A DNA stretch of 64,000 bases from a virus (Duplodnaviria; Caudoviricetes): positions 166,358 to 230,357 of the IMG/VR virus record IMGVR_UViG_3300011217_000001; one strand, written 5' to 3'. This document shows positions 1 through 8,864 of this stretch, piece by piece. A model generated the notes under the pieces. The model saw nothing but the letters and a program-made list of their open reading frames with translations. It did not search any database and was not told where the DNA came from. The stretch's first letter is position 1; each line of letters starts with the position of its first letter. The position numbers were made by a program, and so were the translations under genes.

Positions 1-885
1 GTGCTGCTTGAACACCTCATCCAGGGACTGATGTTCGACGCTGTCCTTGTCGTAGCCGTTGTCGCGGATATCCTTGCGGATACGAGCCACTGCCGGAGTC
101 TTGGCGAAGTCGCTCAGCAGAGCCCAGCGCTCTTCGCGAGTGAGCCAGGTGGTGCCGAACTGGAACAGGTTGTGGCACGGCGTCAGCGCCATGTGATCCA
201 GGTCTGCCGGGTTCCACGAATCGACCAGCACGCGGCGGCTGTCCGGATCCTTCTTCAGGACTTCGATCGCATTGGCCAGCTGATCGATCTTGCGGGTGGC
301 CACGTAGAACTCACCGCTCGGCATCGGCACGGGGATCAGCGAGATCTCGTACTTGTCAGCGTAGACGCCAGCCAGGAACTCGTCCTTGGTGATCAGTCTG
401 GTATCCTCGACGAAGCGCCACTGCTTGCCGTACACCGGACCCAGGTCACCCTTGCTCTTGACCTTGATCTCCTGCGTAACCGGCAGGCCGAGTTCGACCA
501 GCTTCTCGCCCAGCGCGTGCGGGCTGAGCAGGTTGCGGTTGGCCCAGGCGCTCAGGAACGGATCGTGCGCCACCAGCGCTTCGCGCATGTCCCCCGCCAG
601 CATCGGGGAGGTGACGTATACGTCTTCCGGAGCTGCCCACTCGTCCCAGATCCGCACCTTGTGGTCCTTCAGGTACTGGATGTTGGTGTCACCCTTGATG
701 AGCCACAGCAGCTCATGGATGATCGACTTGAGGTGGATCTCCTTGGTGGTGACCACCGGCAGGCCATCCTTCAGGTTGAAGCGGGTCTGGTAGCCGAAGG
801 TGGCTACGGTGCCGGTGCCGGTACGATCGGTCTTGCTGCGGCCATGCTGGAAAACGTGTCCCAGCATATCGAGGTACTGTTTCAT
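1..885 (-). CDS. thyA: Thymidylate synthase (ThyA), 3' end runs off the window; carries large insertions
   Basis: Not in the ORF track because the stop lies outside the window. Manual translation from ATG 885 gives [26 protein letters not shown]...[27 protein letters not shown]...IWDEWA...[12 protein letters not shown]...IDQL...[13 protein letters not shown]...MALTPCH, with the catalytic Cys. An AAAGGAG SD lies upstream. Confidence 0.97.
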   Translation of the reverse strand, partial: MKQYLDMLGHVFQHGRSKTDRTGTGTVATFGYQTRFNLKDGLPVVTTKEIHLKSIIHELLWLIKGDTNIQYLKDHKVRIWDEWAAPEDVYVTSPMLAGDMREALVAHDPFLSAWANRNLLSPHALGEKLVELGLPVTQEIKVKSKGDLGPVYGKQWRFVEDTRLITKDEFLAGVYADKYEISLIPVPMPSGEFYVATRKIDQLANAIEVLKKDPDSRRVLVDSWNPADLDHMALTPCHNLFQFGTTWLTREERWALLSDFAKTPAVARIRKDIRDNGYDKDSVEHQSLDEVFKQH

Positions 886-896
886 AAACTGCTCCT

Positions 897-1259
897 TTAC
901 TTGATTTCGTGCAAATCGAGAAGTGCTTTGGAGATGAGCTTGGTCTTGATGTTGTTGCGACCGGACTTGATCATCTTGGCCAGTCGATGCAAGCCATCTA
1001 CCACGAGGAACTGCTGCCCCTTCGGCGCTCGTACATCGAGCACAACCAGGATGGGCACATCGGTATCGGCCTTCTCCATCCGGTCAGGGTCGGGGGTGGC
1101 GTAATCGAGAACCCACTTCAACTTCGATACGGGCAGAACGGTAATCGTGTACTTGTGGGTCTCACGGAACAGGTCATCCAGGGCGTAGGTCTTTCCGTTG
1201 GAGGAGAAGGTGCTCTCCCTCCCCTCGCTATAGACCCGGATCTTCTTGTGCTTTCCCAT
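897..1259 (-). CDS. Stand-alone ParB/Sulfiredoxin-fold (ParBc-like) protein
   Basis: PILVV...[12 protein letters not shown] matches the ParB-N (I/V)DGxHR motif. 120 aa with no HTH. Confidence 0.75.
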   Translation of the reverse strand: MGKHKKIRVYSEGRESTFSSNGKTYALDDLFRETHKYTITVLPVSKLKWVLDYATPDPDRMEKADTDVPILVVLDVRAPKGQQFLVVDGLHRLAKMIKSGRNNIKTKLISKALLDLHEIK

Positions 1260-1261
1260 GG

Positions 1262-1648
1262 CTAACCTTCGTCCCCGAGCAAGAAGCTACGCAGGGCATC
1301 ATTGGCACGGATAAAGGCTACCGTCTTACCGCCCTGCCTGCCATGGACACGGAACACCTGATCGGCCGGGATAGGAAGTCCTGCAGCCTGGAAGAGCTCG
1401 AAGAGAGAGCCGTACTTTTCAATAGCACGGATCTCTTCGGCGGTATCATCCCCAGGCACCTCATTCGTGTCTACGTACGGACCGGACAGCAGGCGGAGGT
1501 TCGGTTTGCCGTAGGCGTTGTAGTAAGCCAGTACGGCAAGGAGCAGCGAGTCGTTCAGTCGGATCTCACCACCCACATCCATCATGGTGATGGCACCTAC
1601 GCCTTGGCTCATGCCTCGACCGTACTTGATGTAAAAATGCTTCCTCAT
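1262..1648 (-). CDS. Hypothetical protein
   Basis: ORF packed between its neighbours; ATG 1648 with a TAGGAA SD-like sequence. Confidence 0.6.
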   Translation of the reverse strand: MRKHFYIKYGRGMSQGVGAITMMDVGGEIRLNDSLLLAVLAYYNAYGKPNLRLLSGPYVDTNEVPGDDTAEEIRAIEKYGSLFELFQAAGLPIPADQVFRVHGRQGGKTVAFIRANDALRSFLLGDEG

Positions 1649-1661
1649 TGCGCTTCCTAAA

Positions 1662-2075
1662 TCAGAGGGCGGTGCCGAGCAGACGCTCACGGACTTGGAT
1701 CGGCGTGATTGCTTCCCCCGGATCCTTTCCTTCAGGGATCACAGAGAACAGCTCATGCTGCTCCTTGGGCAGAGCGTACACCACCAGCCCCGTCGGCAGG
1801 TTGATGTAGATGTCCCACGTGCCTTCGCGTTCGACACGGAACGAGGTCCATGCGTGCGCCAGAGCGAAGTAGAGGATGTGGCAGTCCTCGGCCAAGTTGT
1901 TGTAGGCCTCTTCCATGTGGGCAGCCATATTAGCCGCCCTCGTGGCATTCTCTTCGTACTGCTTACGCGCCTTGTAGACCAGCACGGTCTGGCGGACGAA
2001 GTAGACCGCAAGAGCCAGCAGGACCACGATCACGATCGCCAGTGCCCAGACCAGATAGGGATAGACAGCGTTCAA
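1662..2075 (-). CDS. Membrane-anchored hypothetical protein, degenerate paralog of 2072..2521
   Basis: N-terminal TM (YLVWALAIVIVVLLALAVYFV), then YINLPTGLVVY. TTG start with an AAGGAG SD. Confidence 0.7.
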   Translation of the reverse strand: MNAVYPYLVWALAIVIVVLLALAVYFVRQTVLVYKARKQYEENATRAANMAAHMEEAYNNLAEDCHILYFALAHAWTSFRVEREGTWDIYINLPTGLVVYALPKEQHELFSVIPEGKDPGEAITPIQVRERLLGTAL

Positions 2076-2521
2076 AACTTCTCCTTTTGGGTTTCGTACT
2101 GCTTGTTGTGTTCCTTGGCACGATCGACCATTTCGTTCAGTGCCGTCAGTGCCGACTTGCCGCCCAGGGTACGGGAGGCGACACGCACATCCTCGATCAA
2201 CCAGTTGAGGTCAACCTTGGGGATGTGGGTAACATCGCCGAACTGGCGCACCAGGGTGTCCAGACGAATCAGGACTTCCTTCTTGTCAGCACCGTCCCAG
2301 CCTTCCATCTTGACCGGCAAATGCTGGAATAGCATCAGTTGGCTGTCGTGGATGTGGAAGTTGATCTGACCGGTGGGCAGGGTGAGGTAGCAGCTCCAGC
2401 GCCAATCGTCATCCCAGCCGTTCTCGTTGGTACGAGAGATGAAGGCCGGGTAGTGATGGGAGAGCAGCGCCAGCAGAAGGTTGCGTTCTGCGTAGGGGTC
2501 CACGGAGGACAAGTCAGTCAT
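2072..2521 (-). CDS. Phage hypothetical protein (LPTGQIxxH...WDG motif family)
   Basis: YAERNLLLALL...YLTLPTGQINFHIHD...WDG. The ATG at 2521 overlaps the end of the upstream gene. Confidence 0.7.
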   Translation of the reverse strand: MTDLSSVDPYAERNLLLALLSHHYPAFISRTNENGWDDDWRWSCYLTLPTGQINFHIHDSQLMLFQHLPVKMEGWDGADKKEVLIRLDTLVRQFGDVTHIPKVDLNWLIEDVRVASRTLGGKSALTALNEMVDRAKEHNKQYETQKEKF

Positions 2522-2789
2522 TTTTCTTACCCTCCCGGTGGGCCATGAGGCGCGGTTCGAGGAGCTTGTACCGGCGCTGCGCGCGAGTCGCCTGATAGTT
2601 AGCCCAGATAGCCAACGCAAAGCAGACGACAGACATTGCCGGATCGAGCGGATGAGTGGGTTGGAAGAGGAAGGTGAGTCCATATGCGATGTCGAAGATT
2701 GCGAGCAACCCAAAGGCGATGAACAGAAGTACGGACCGGCCGTACTCTTTGCGCAGCTCTTCCAGGGACTTGTTAGCCGGATGCTTCAC
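2514..2789 (-). CDS. Small two-TM membrane protein (holin candidate)
   Basis: Two hydrophobic segments (VLLFIAFGLLAIFDIAYGLTFLF and AMSVVCFALAIWANY) and a basic C-terminus. The holin role is inference only. Confidence 0.55.
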   Translation of the reverse strand: MKHPANKSLEELRKEYGRSVLLFIAFGLLAIFDIAYGLTFLFQPTHPLDPAMSVVCFALAIWANYQATRAQRRYKLLEPRLMAHREGKKND

Positions 2790-3499
2790 AACGCGAACCC
2801 TCCAACACCAGCACCGCGTTCCACCAGGTAGTCATCCTCCACCGACCGCAGGATGCCGGCTTGATGCAGCAGGGTCAGCGCTCGGTTGAGCATCATCTCC
2901 TGACCGCAGTCGGTATCCAGAATCGCCACGCGGTTGCGAACTTCTTCGCGAGCCGCTTGGATGTAGTGCTGACGGATGGCCGCGATCTTGTTCGGATCCT
3001 TGGTATCCATCGGGTCCATCTTGCCATGGCGCAGCGCGATGCGCTCCAGCGAGGTACTGACGTTGCAGCACAGCAGCAGCGTCAGGTCCGGCATACCTGC
3101 AGGCAGGATGGTTTCACGAAGACGGTTGAAGTCGTCCTTCTTGCAACCTTCCAGCTTGCACTGGTAAACCAGCGTGCTCAGGTAGGAGCGATCCATCAGG
3201 ACGATCTTGCCCTGAGCCAGAGCAGGCTTGCTGATCTCTTCCCAGATCGAGCGATGCACCGTCAGTGCCAGAGACGCACGCAGGAACGGATCCATCCCCA
3301 GACCCGAGTTGGTGATGACCGGATAGATCTCGCGACCCAGCTTGGTACTGGTCCACGAGCTTGCGATCGCGTAAGGGATTTCGCGGTCTTCGAGGTAGCC
3401 TGCCAGCTTGCCCAGCACGGTCCCCTTGCCAACTGCATCGCCACCTTCAATAGCGATCAGCCGACCCATTCGATTATTGATGCCCATGTTTAGCTCCAT
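2786..3499 (-). CDS. tmk: Thymidylate (dTMP) kinase
   Basis: LIAIEGGDAVGKGT P-loop, IVLMDRSYLSTLVYQ, PDLTLLL and ERIALR are TMK motifs. The true start may be a downstream Met. Confidence 0.92.
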   Translation of the reverse strand: MELNMGINNRMGRLIAIEGGDAVGKGTVLGKLAGYLEDREIPYAIASSWTSTKLGREIYPVITNSGLGMDPFLRASLALTVHRSIWEEISKPALAQGKIVLMDRSYLSTLVYQCKLEGCKKDDFNRLRETILPAGMPDLTLLLCCNVSTSLERIALRHGKMDPMDTKDPNKIAAIRQHYIQAAREEVRNRVAILDTDCGQEMMLNRALTLLHQAGILRSVEDDYLVERGAGVGGFAL

Positions 3500-3530
3500 A
3501 GAGGGAGGGCCAACGCCCTCCCTCTACTGA

Positions 3531-3800
3531 TCAGTGCGCCAGCGCAGCGGCGACGAGGTTGCCGGAGATGATGTCGTGGACCTGCGCCAGCAGGGCCGGA
3601 TCACCTTCGTAGATCTTCTCGGCAGCCGGCTTGTAGGGCAGGGTGACGACGTTCAGCTTGCCGCCCTGCTGCTGCAGGCGACGGGAGGCGCGTTCAGCTG
3701 CTGCTGCACGAGCACGTGCCAGCTGCTGCTTCTGCTGCTCTTCGAGGTAGACCTTGCCCAGTTCGATCTCGATGGCCTGGGTCAGTGCGCGCTTCTTCAT
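3531..3800 (-). CDS. Hypothetical protein (coiled-coil)
   Basis: ATG with a TAGGAA SD; host-like codon bias; followed by a hairpin. Confidence 0.65.
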   Translation of the reverse strand: MKKRALTQAIEIELGKVYLEEQQKQQLARARAAAAERASRRLQQQGGKLNVVTLPYKPAAEKIYEGDPALLAQVHDIISGNLVAAALAH

Positions 3801-3839
3801 TGTTTCCTAGTTCCTTGTGGTGTTTTTTTTTTGCGGGGA

Positions 3840-4166
3840 TTAGCCGCGCTTCTTCTTCTTGTGAAACTTGCGGGGGCGCCGCTGGAACTGGAACAGCTCG
3901 CGCAGTCGTGCCTGCGGGCTGTTCTCTTCCTTCCATACATCCACCAGCGGCTGGATGAAGTTCTCCGGCAGCACGCTCAGATGACTGAAGCGACTGTCGC
4001 ACAGCAGCACGTTCTCCAACAGGCAGGAACGAGCCAGTGCATGCTGCTCATCGGTCGAGGGATCTTTGACCATGAAGCGCAGCGCGAAGGTCCGATTACC
4101 CTTGGGCGGGTCGGTCGGCAGTTTGAGGATCTTGTCCTCATCGGTGATCATCTGGTGAGCGTGCAT
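3840..4166 (-). CDS. Hypothetical protein with a basic C-terminus
   Basis: ORF ends in RRPRKFHKKKKRG. Confidence 0.55.
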   Translation of the reverse strand: MHAHQMITDEDKILKLPTDPPKGNRTFALRFMVKDPSTDEQHALARSCLLENVLLCDSRFSHLSVLPENFIQPLVDVWKEENSPQARLRELFQFQRRPRKFHKKKKRG

Positions 4167-4223
4167 ATTCCGGCGATGTCCGAGGATTGTTCAAATGATC
4201 TTAAACACGTGTTTGTTTTTACG

Positions 4224-4631
4224 CTAATGACGCAGATCTGTCTCCTCAAAGAAGTAGACCGAGTCATAACCTATTAACCTGGCAAACCCAACACCTGAGA
4301 TAATGAACCCATTGGCTGTGGTCATCTTCACAAGAGTCGGAGCTACCCTGTAGTACAGGTCAGTGACCCAACCCAATATCTGCCCGTCGCTGATGACGTC
4401 ATTGAAAGTGCTTTCATAGAAGGTCTCATAGAGCGCTTCGCTCACAGTCTCTTCAAAGAAACCTTCGTCGATAATGCCCTCGGAGAATGTCTGGAAGATA
4501 ACCTCCCCGACAAACATCAGGGTCATCGAGACAAACTCATCGATCTCGTAGGGCTTTAACCGTAATCGTAGCAATGTGCGCATGATGCGCTTGACGTCAT
4601 AACGAGTATCTATTACGATCTCGTGTATCAT
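4224..4631 (-). CDS. Hypothetical protein (lower GC)
   Basis: ATG with an AAGGGAGA SD. Confidence 0.6.
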   Translation of the reverse strand: MIHEIVIDTRYDVKRIMRTLLRLRLKPYEIDEFVSMTLMFVGEVIFQTFSEGIIDEGFFEETVSEALYETFYESTFNDVISDGQILGWVTDLYYRVAPTLVKMTTANGFIISGVGFARLIGYDSVYFFEETDLRH

Positions 4632-4684
4632 ACTTCTCCCTTGGTTTACGGCATAGGAGAGAGGTTGCCCCCTCTCCTATGGAT

Positions 4685-5560
4685 TTACTTGTTGAGCGAC
4701 TTGAACGCATCGCCCATGCGGGTGTGGTAGGAGAACTGCTTGTAGCCGGCGCCGTTGTACAGGCGAGCGAACTCTTCCCAGTCCAGACGCAGCAGCGCGT
4801 CCCACAGGCGCGCATCGGTCTTGATGAAGTTCACGAAGGCCAGCAGGTGTTCGCGTTCACCGATCTTCATGGCTTCAACGAAAGCCTGCACGGTCTGGAA
4901 ACCAGCGCGCTGGTAGTTGAACCCCATGATCTGGAACATGCCGAACGAGGCCGACATCAGCGCAGCGGTGTCGCTGTACTTGCGACCACGTTCCATGAAC
5001 GCCCACTCGGCCGAACCACCGGAGTACAGATCGGTGGGAACGTACTTGCTGGGGTTCTTGTTGTAGGTCGCACGCATGACCTTGCCCTTGTTCAGGCACA
5101 GCTCGGGCTGTTCCTTACGGAGCTTGTCACGCAGAGCGATCATTTCCGAGCGCGGTACGCCCGGCTTGCCGACATCCACCAGGTAGGTGTCGAACTTGTG
5201 GCGCTCCCAGAGGATCACCGGCAGACCGTTGGAGCCGAAAGCATCGCCGGAGGTTTCCACCTTGGCCACCGCCTTGATGGCATTGACCAGGCACGGCTGG
5301 TTCGGCTTGCTCAGCAGCTTGGCTGCATCGATGTAGTCCTGCTCGATGAGCTTCTTGCGCGCCGGCTCGGGAGCCAGACCCAGGGCGGCGAAGGTGGCAG
5401 CGCCAACCAGACCGTCGGCGGTCAGACCCTTGGAGGCCTGGAACTTCTTGACAGCAGCCTCGGTGCCTGGACCGAAGATGCCGTCGTCTTTGATGCCCAG
5501 AGCTTTCTGGACAGCGGCGACTGCCGAGGAGGAGTCGCCCTTGCGGAGGAGCAGAGCCAT
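4685..5560 (-). CDS. Modular endolysin: N-terminal PG_binding_1 domain plus DUF3380-type N-acetylmuramidase
   Basis: LRKGDS...DDGIFGPGTEAAVKKFQASKGLTADGLVGAAT is a PG-binding domain. AVAKVETSG, ILWERHKF, SASFGMFQIMGFN and FARLYNGAGY are muramidase motifs. Confidence 0.92.
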   Translation of the reverse strand: MALLLRKGDSSSAVAAVQKALGIKDDGIFGPGTEAAVKKFQASKGLTADGLVGAATFAALGLAPEPARKKLIEQDYIDAAKLLSKPNQPCLVNAIKAVAKVETSGDAFGSNGLPVILWERHKFDTYLVDVGKPGVPRSEMIALRDKLRKEQPELCLNKGKVMRATYNKNPSKYVPTDLYSGGSAEWAFMERGRKYSDTAALMSASFGMFQIMGFNYQRAGFQTVQAFVEAMKIGEREHLLAFVNFIKTDARLWDALLRLDWEEFARLYNGAGYKQFSYHTRMGDAFKSLNK

Positions 5561-5604
5561 CGTTATACCCTTCTGTGTTAGGCATAGGATGGCTCTGCTG
5601 GCGC

Positions 5605-6306
5605 TTACGGGTTGCGTACCCGGCGGAACACCTTGACGGTGCACTGCTCGTACTGGGCGAACTTGTCCAGCAGGAAGTAGTCCGACTCCAGCCGCTCCCA
5701 CACGTACGGGATGTAGGTGTCGCATACCTTGTTCAGTGTGTAGTCGACCACGGTAGCATGCACCTGCGAGGCACGCTTGATGGCCTCCTCGAACAGACGC
5801 GTGCCGCCAATGACGTAGTACTCCGAGTCGGTCACCTGACGAGCGCGTGCGATCGCTTCGTCCAGATTACGCACCAGGTCAAACTTCTGACCGGTATCGT
5901 ATTCCAAAGTGGTGGAGACCACGATGATGTGGCGATTGGGCAGGCCACTGGCGGGGAGAGAACGGAAAGTCTGTAGACCCATGATCACCGGACAGCCCAT
6001 GGTGGCTGCCTTGAAGTGACGCATGTCTTCCTTGACGTGCCACGGGAGTTCCTGACCCAGACCGATACCGTCGTCGTTCTGCGCGGCAAAGATGACACGC
6101 AGGCGATGATCGACTTCGGAGTACGGACAGGGGACCAGAAGAGTTTGGTCCAGGTCAATTCGCTGCTGATCGGCAGCTGTACTGAAAACGATGTTGGGAT
6201 CTTCCGCTGAAGCGTAGGTTGCGATGCGCTTACCCAGGGAGCGGAACAGTGCAGCCGAGTAGGCGGCTACACGATTACTGTTGCTGTACGTTACCGGGAT
6301 CCGCAT
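5605..6306 (-). CDS. folA: Dihydrofolate reductase with an ~70-aa N-terminal extension
   Basis: IGLGQELPWHVKEDMRHFKAATMGCPVIMGLQTFRSLP, LPNRHIIVVS, YVIGG and CDTY are DHFR motifs. Confidence 0.9.
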   Translation of the reverse strand: MRIPVTYSNSNRVAAYSAALFRSLGKRIATYASAEDPNIVFSTAADQQRIDLDQTLLVPCPYSEVDHRLRVIFAAQNDDGIGLGQELPWHVKEDMRHFKAATMGCPVIMGLQTFRSLPASGLPNRHIIVVSTTLEYDTGQKFDLVRNLDEAIARARQVTDSEYYVIGGTRLFEEAIKRASQVHATVVDYTLNKVCDTYIPYVWERLESDYFLLDKFAQYEQCTVKVFRRVRNP

Positions 6307-6786
6307 CTTCACTTTCCTTGTCGGTACTGGAGACGTGTTCGTAAAGGCCCATGGTCCGGACGATCTGACGATCTTCCTGATGCATGTGGCGCGAGCACAA
6401 CGGATGGTCAACGTCGACCAGAATGTCGCCCTTGCTGAAGTACTCGATCCCCCGGGCGATGGAGGAGGAACGAATACGACCTTCGCCGCAGTGGATGATG
6501 ATGTCTTCGGTCGGCCAGCGTTCGATCAGCTCAGCGATCTGCTTGGCCATACCTTCATCGAAGTGCGGTTCGTAGGTGTTGGAGGAGATCCCGAAGTGCA
6601 GGCGCAGGACTTCCTTGTGTTCGACCTTGAACTTGGGTCGATTGTCGTACTTGCTGCCGATGGAAATGACCACCGACGGCGTGCCGAGGGCCTCGATGTT
6701 GGCCGCGCTCATGTAAGTAGTGCGGCGACTCGGACCAGCCGAGCCAGGTTTCTTGCGGAAGTGACGGAATGCCATGACATGCCCCA
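6275..6786 (-). CDS. Cys-based (PTP/dual-specificity-like) phosphatase
   Basis: IIIHCGEGRIRSS is an HCX5RS P-loop. The start is uncertain; the promoter-like box at 6813-6820 argues against the TTG at 6808. Confidence 0.75.
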
Positions 6787-6876
6787 TTAGATTGAAGTTG
6801 TACCTCAATTGGATAGTGTACGGTCAAATCTTTTTTACAGCGCATATTGGGAGGGGCGTAAAGCCCCTCCCTTATG

Positions 6877-8253
6877 TCATTCATTGGTTACCTGAGCCCA
6901 GTCCAACTTGGACCCGATGAAGATGGTCAGTACCGTCTTCTGCGTGTGCGTGGCGAAGGTGATGCCCTGCTGGGACGGCTCCACGATGAAGTGAGCCGCC
7001 GCCAACGTACCCATCGCTTCCTTCACGTCACCACCTTGCACGTACATGTAGCGAACTGGCATGTTCGGCTCGATCATGTCAACCGAGCTGTTCTCCCAGA
7101 CCACCTGTACGTAGGCACCATTGCGCTTGGCCAGCTGCGAGGACTCGACGAACGGGTTGGAGGTGAACTTGCGCGAACCAGTCTGGACGTTGTTCAATCC
7201 GTTCTCGCGCTGCTCGGTGACGTACTCGGTCGTGTTGAGCGAGTTGTCGACCATGAGCTTGTTGCCCTCTACCTCGCCATAGGCTTCCATGACGTTACGG
7301 CTGTCGTTGTAGCGAACGCCGTTACCGCTGGAGAGCTTCTGACCTTCCGTCGGATCGATGTACTCGATGCCGCCAGTTGCAATGATGGTGGTGTGCGTGT
7401 TGTCGCGCATGTACGTGCGCTCTACGCCCGGCAGCTTGTCGGCGGGTACTGCGATGACCGTAAGCTTGGGACGGGCCGTATTGAAGCGTGTGACGTCGTA
7501 GGAGGGGTACATGTACCAACTGCGTCCATGCAGGTAGTAGCCCATGCCTGCCGAGTAGATACCGCCCTGATGCTCGTGCAGATACAGCGGCGAGTCAACG
7601 AAGCGCGTACCCGCAGGAACCTGTACCAATGGACGTGGCTCCTGATTGGAGTAGTCCACGATGCTCACGCCAGTGATCTTGTACTCGTCGGCAACTTCGA
7701 TCTTCTGGCTGAGGTTGGTCAGGATCCAGCGAGCCAGTCCACCGGGGCGAGAACGCGTCGCGCCTTGGTTGACTGTCATCATCATCAGCTGTTCCAATGC
7801 ATGGTCAAAGACCTGGAACGTGACACGCGCCACGTCAGACAGGTTCATCGCCTCCTTGTTGGCACCGAAGTCCTGCTTCATGGAAACCAGCGGGTTCTTC
7901 GGGTTGACGATACTTGCCCGGTAGGTCTGCACCATCGGTGCTTCATCCGGGGTTTCGGTCGAGCCTGCGACGAACTTGGGCGTGCGGGTGAGGATCATCT
8001 CCAGCGTGTCGTTGTGCGGGAAGATGTCGGAGTAGAACGTACCAGGCTGTACCGCCAGTTCAACGAACATGTGGTCAGCAAAGCGACGGTGGAAGTTGCG
8101 ATCATTATCGACCGAGAGCACACAAATGGTGTCGTACTCAATCTCCGCAGCACGCAGCACGGCCGTCCATTGATACTGGATGGCCTTGGCGCCGTTCTTC
8201 ATGACCTCCTCGATCTCCTCCCACAGGGGCGATTCTCGGATTGTCTGTCCCAT
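6877..8253 (-). CDS. Virion structural protein, phiKZ gp101-like (putative baseplate hub)
   Basis: 458 aa, beta-rich; last gene of a translationally coupled operon syntenic with phiKZ gp98-101. Confidence 0.6.
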   Translation of the reverse strand: MGQTIRESPLWEEIEEVMKNGAKAIQYQWTAVLRAAEIEYDTICVLSVDNDRNFHRRFADHMFVELAVQPGTFYSDIFPHNDTLEMILTRTPKFVAGSTETPDEAPMVQTYRASIVNPKNPLVSMKQDFGANKEAMNLSDVARVTFQVFDHALEQLMMMTVNQGATRSRPGGLARWILTNLSQKIEVADEYKITGVSIVDYSNQEPRPLVQVPAGTRFVDSPLYLHEHQGGIYSAGMGYYLHGRSWYMYPSYDVTRFNTARPKLTVIAVPADKLPGVERTYMRDNTHTTIIATGGIEYIDPTEGQKLSSGNGVRYNDSRNVMEAYGEVEGNKLMVDNSLNTTEYVTEQRENGLNNVQTGSRKFTSNPFVESSQLAKRNGAYVQVVWENSSVDMIEPNMPVRYMYVQGGDVKEAMGTLAAAHFIVEPSQQGITFATHTQKTVLTIFIGSKLDWAQVTNE

Positions 8254-8864
8254 CAGTAATCTTCCCGCTCAGACAGCGTCTGACGAATGCTTTCGGTGAT
8301 CTTGATCCCAGCGCTCTCACGAATGACAGGGCGCTTGACATCACCCAGTGCATTGAGGTGGCGACGACGACGCGAACCGAACAGCGACAGACGATGCTGC
8401 AGGTCGTTGCCGTACTCACCCTTGGCGATCCAGTACTTGGCGCTCTGGTACATGTGAGCTGCAAGCTTCTCCAGCTTGACCAGCTCTTCGATCGGCACCT
8501 TCACTTCCTGCAGGTCAGCTCGGGAGCGTTCCTCCCAGTCCTTCAGCAGTTCCATCAGGTGACGGAATATCTGCACGCTGTCCTTGGTATTGCACAGGGC
8601 GAAGGTGACAGAGTTGTCCAAGAACTCTGCCATCTCCGGAGCCGTCAATGTGGCAGTGACGATCTCATCGGCCATTGCACGATCGACATCCTTGTTGCCC
8701 GTGGAGACCGTGCCGAACTGCGCGATCTCCTTTTCCGAGATCAGGTGAACCTTGGAGATCTGCGCTCGATAGCGGAACGTGAACAGCTTCTGCGCAACGC
8801 TCTTATCCGCAGCCTTGGTGCGCGGACGGAAGACCTTCACTGGTTCGGGCGGGAGGATGCTCAT
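8253..8864 (-). CDS. Conserved phiKZ gp100-like protein
   Basis: ATGA overlap with the upstream stop at 8861-8864; synteny. Confidence 0.6.
   Translation of the reverse strand: MSILPPEPVKVFRPRTKAADKSVAQKLFTFRYRAQISKVHLISEKEIAQFGTVSTGNKDVDRAMADEIVTATLTAPEMAEFLDNSVTFALCNTKDSVQIFRHLMELLKDWEERSRADLQEVKVPIEELVKLEKLAAHMYQSAKYWIAKGEYGNDLQHRLSLFGSRRRRHLNALGDVKRPVIRESAGIKITESIRQTLSEREDY

Noticed and set aside
3694-4002. A-run at about 3823-3832 (minus strand) as a frameshift site linking 3840..4166 to another frame
   Set aside because: The run lies after the stop of 3840..4166, and the next gene has its own SD and ATG. It is most likely an intergenic A/T tract.
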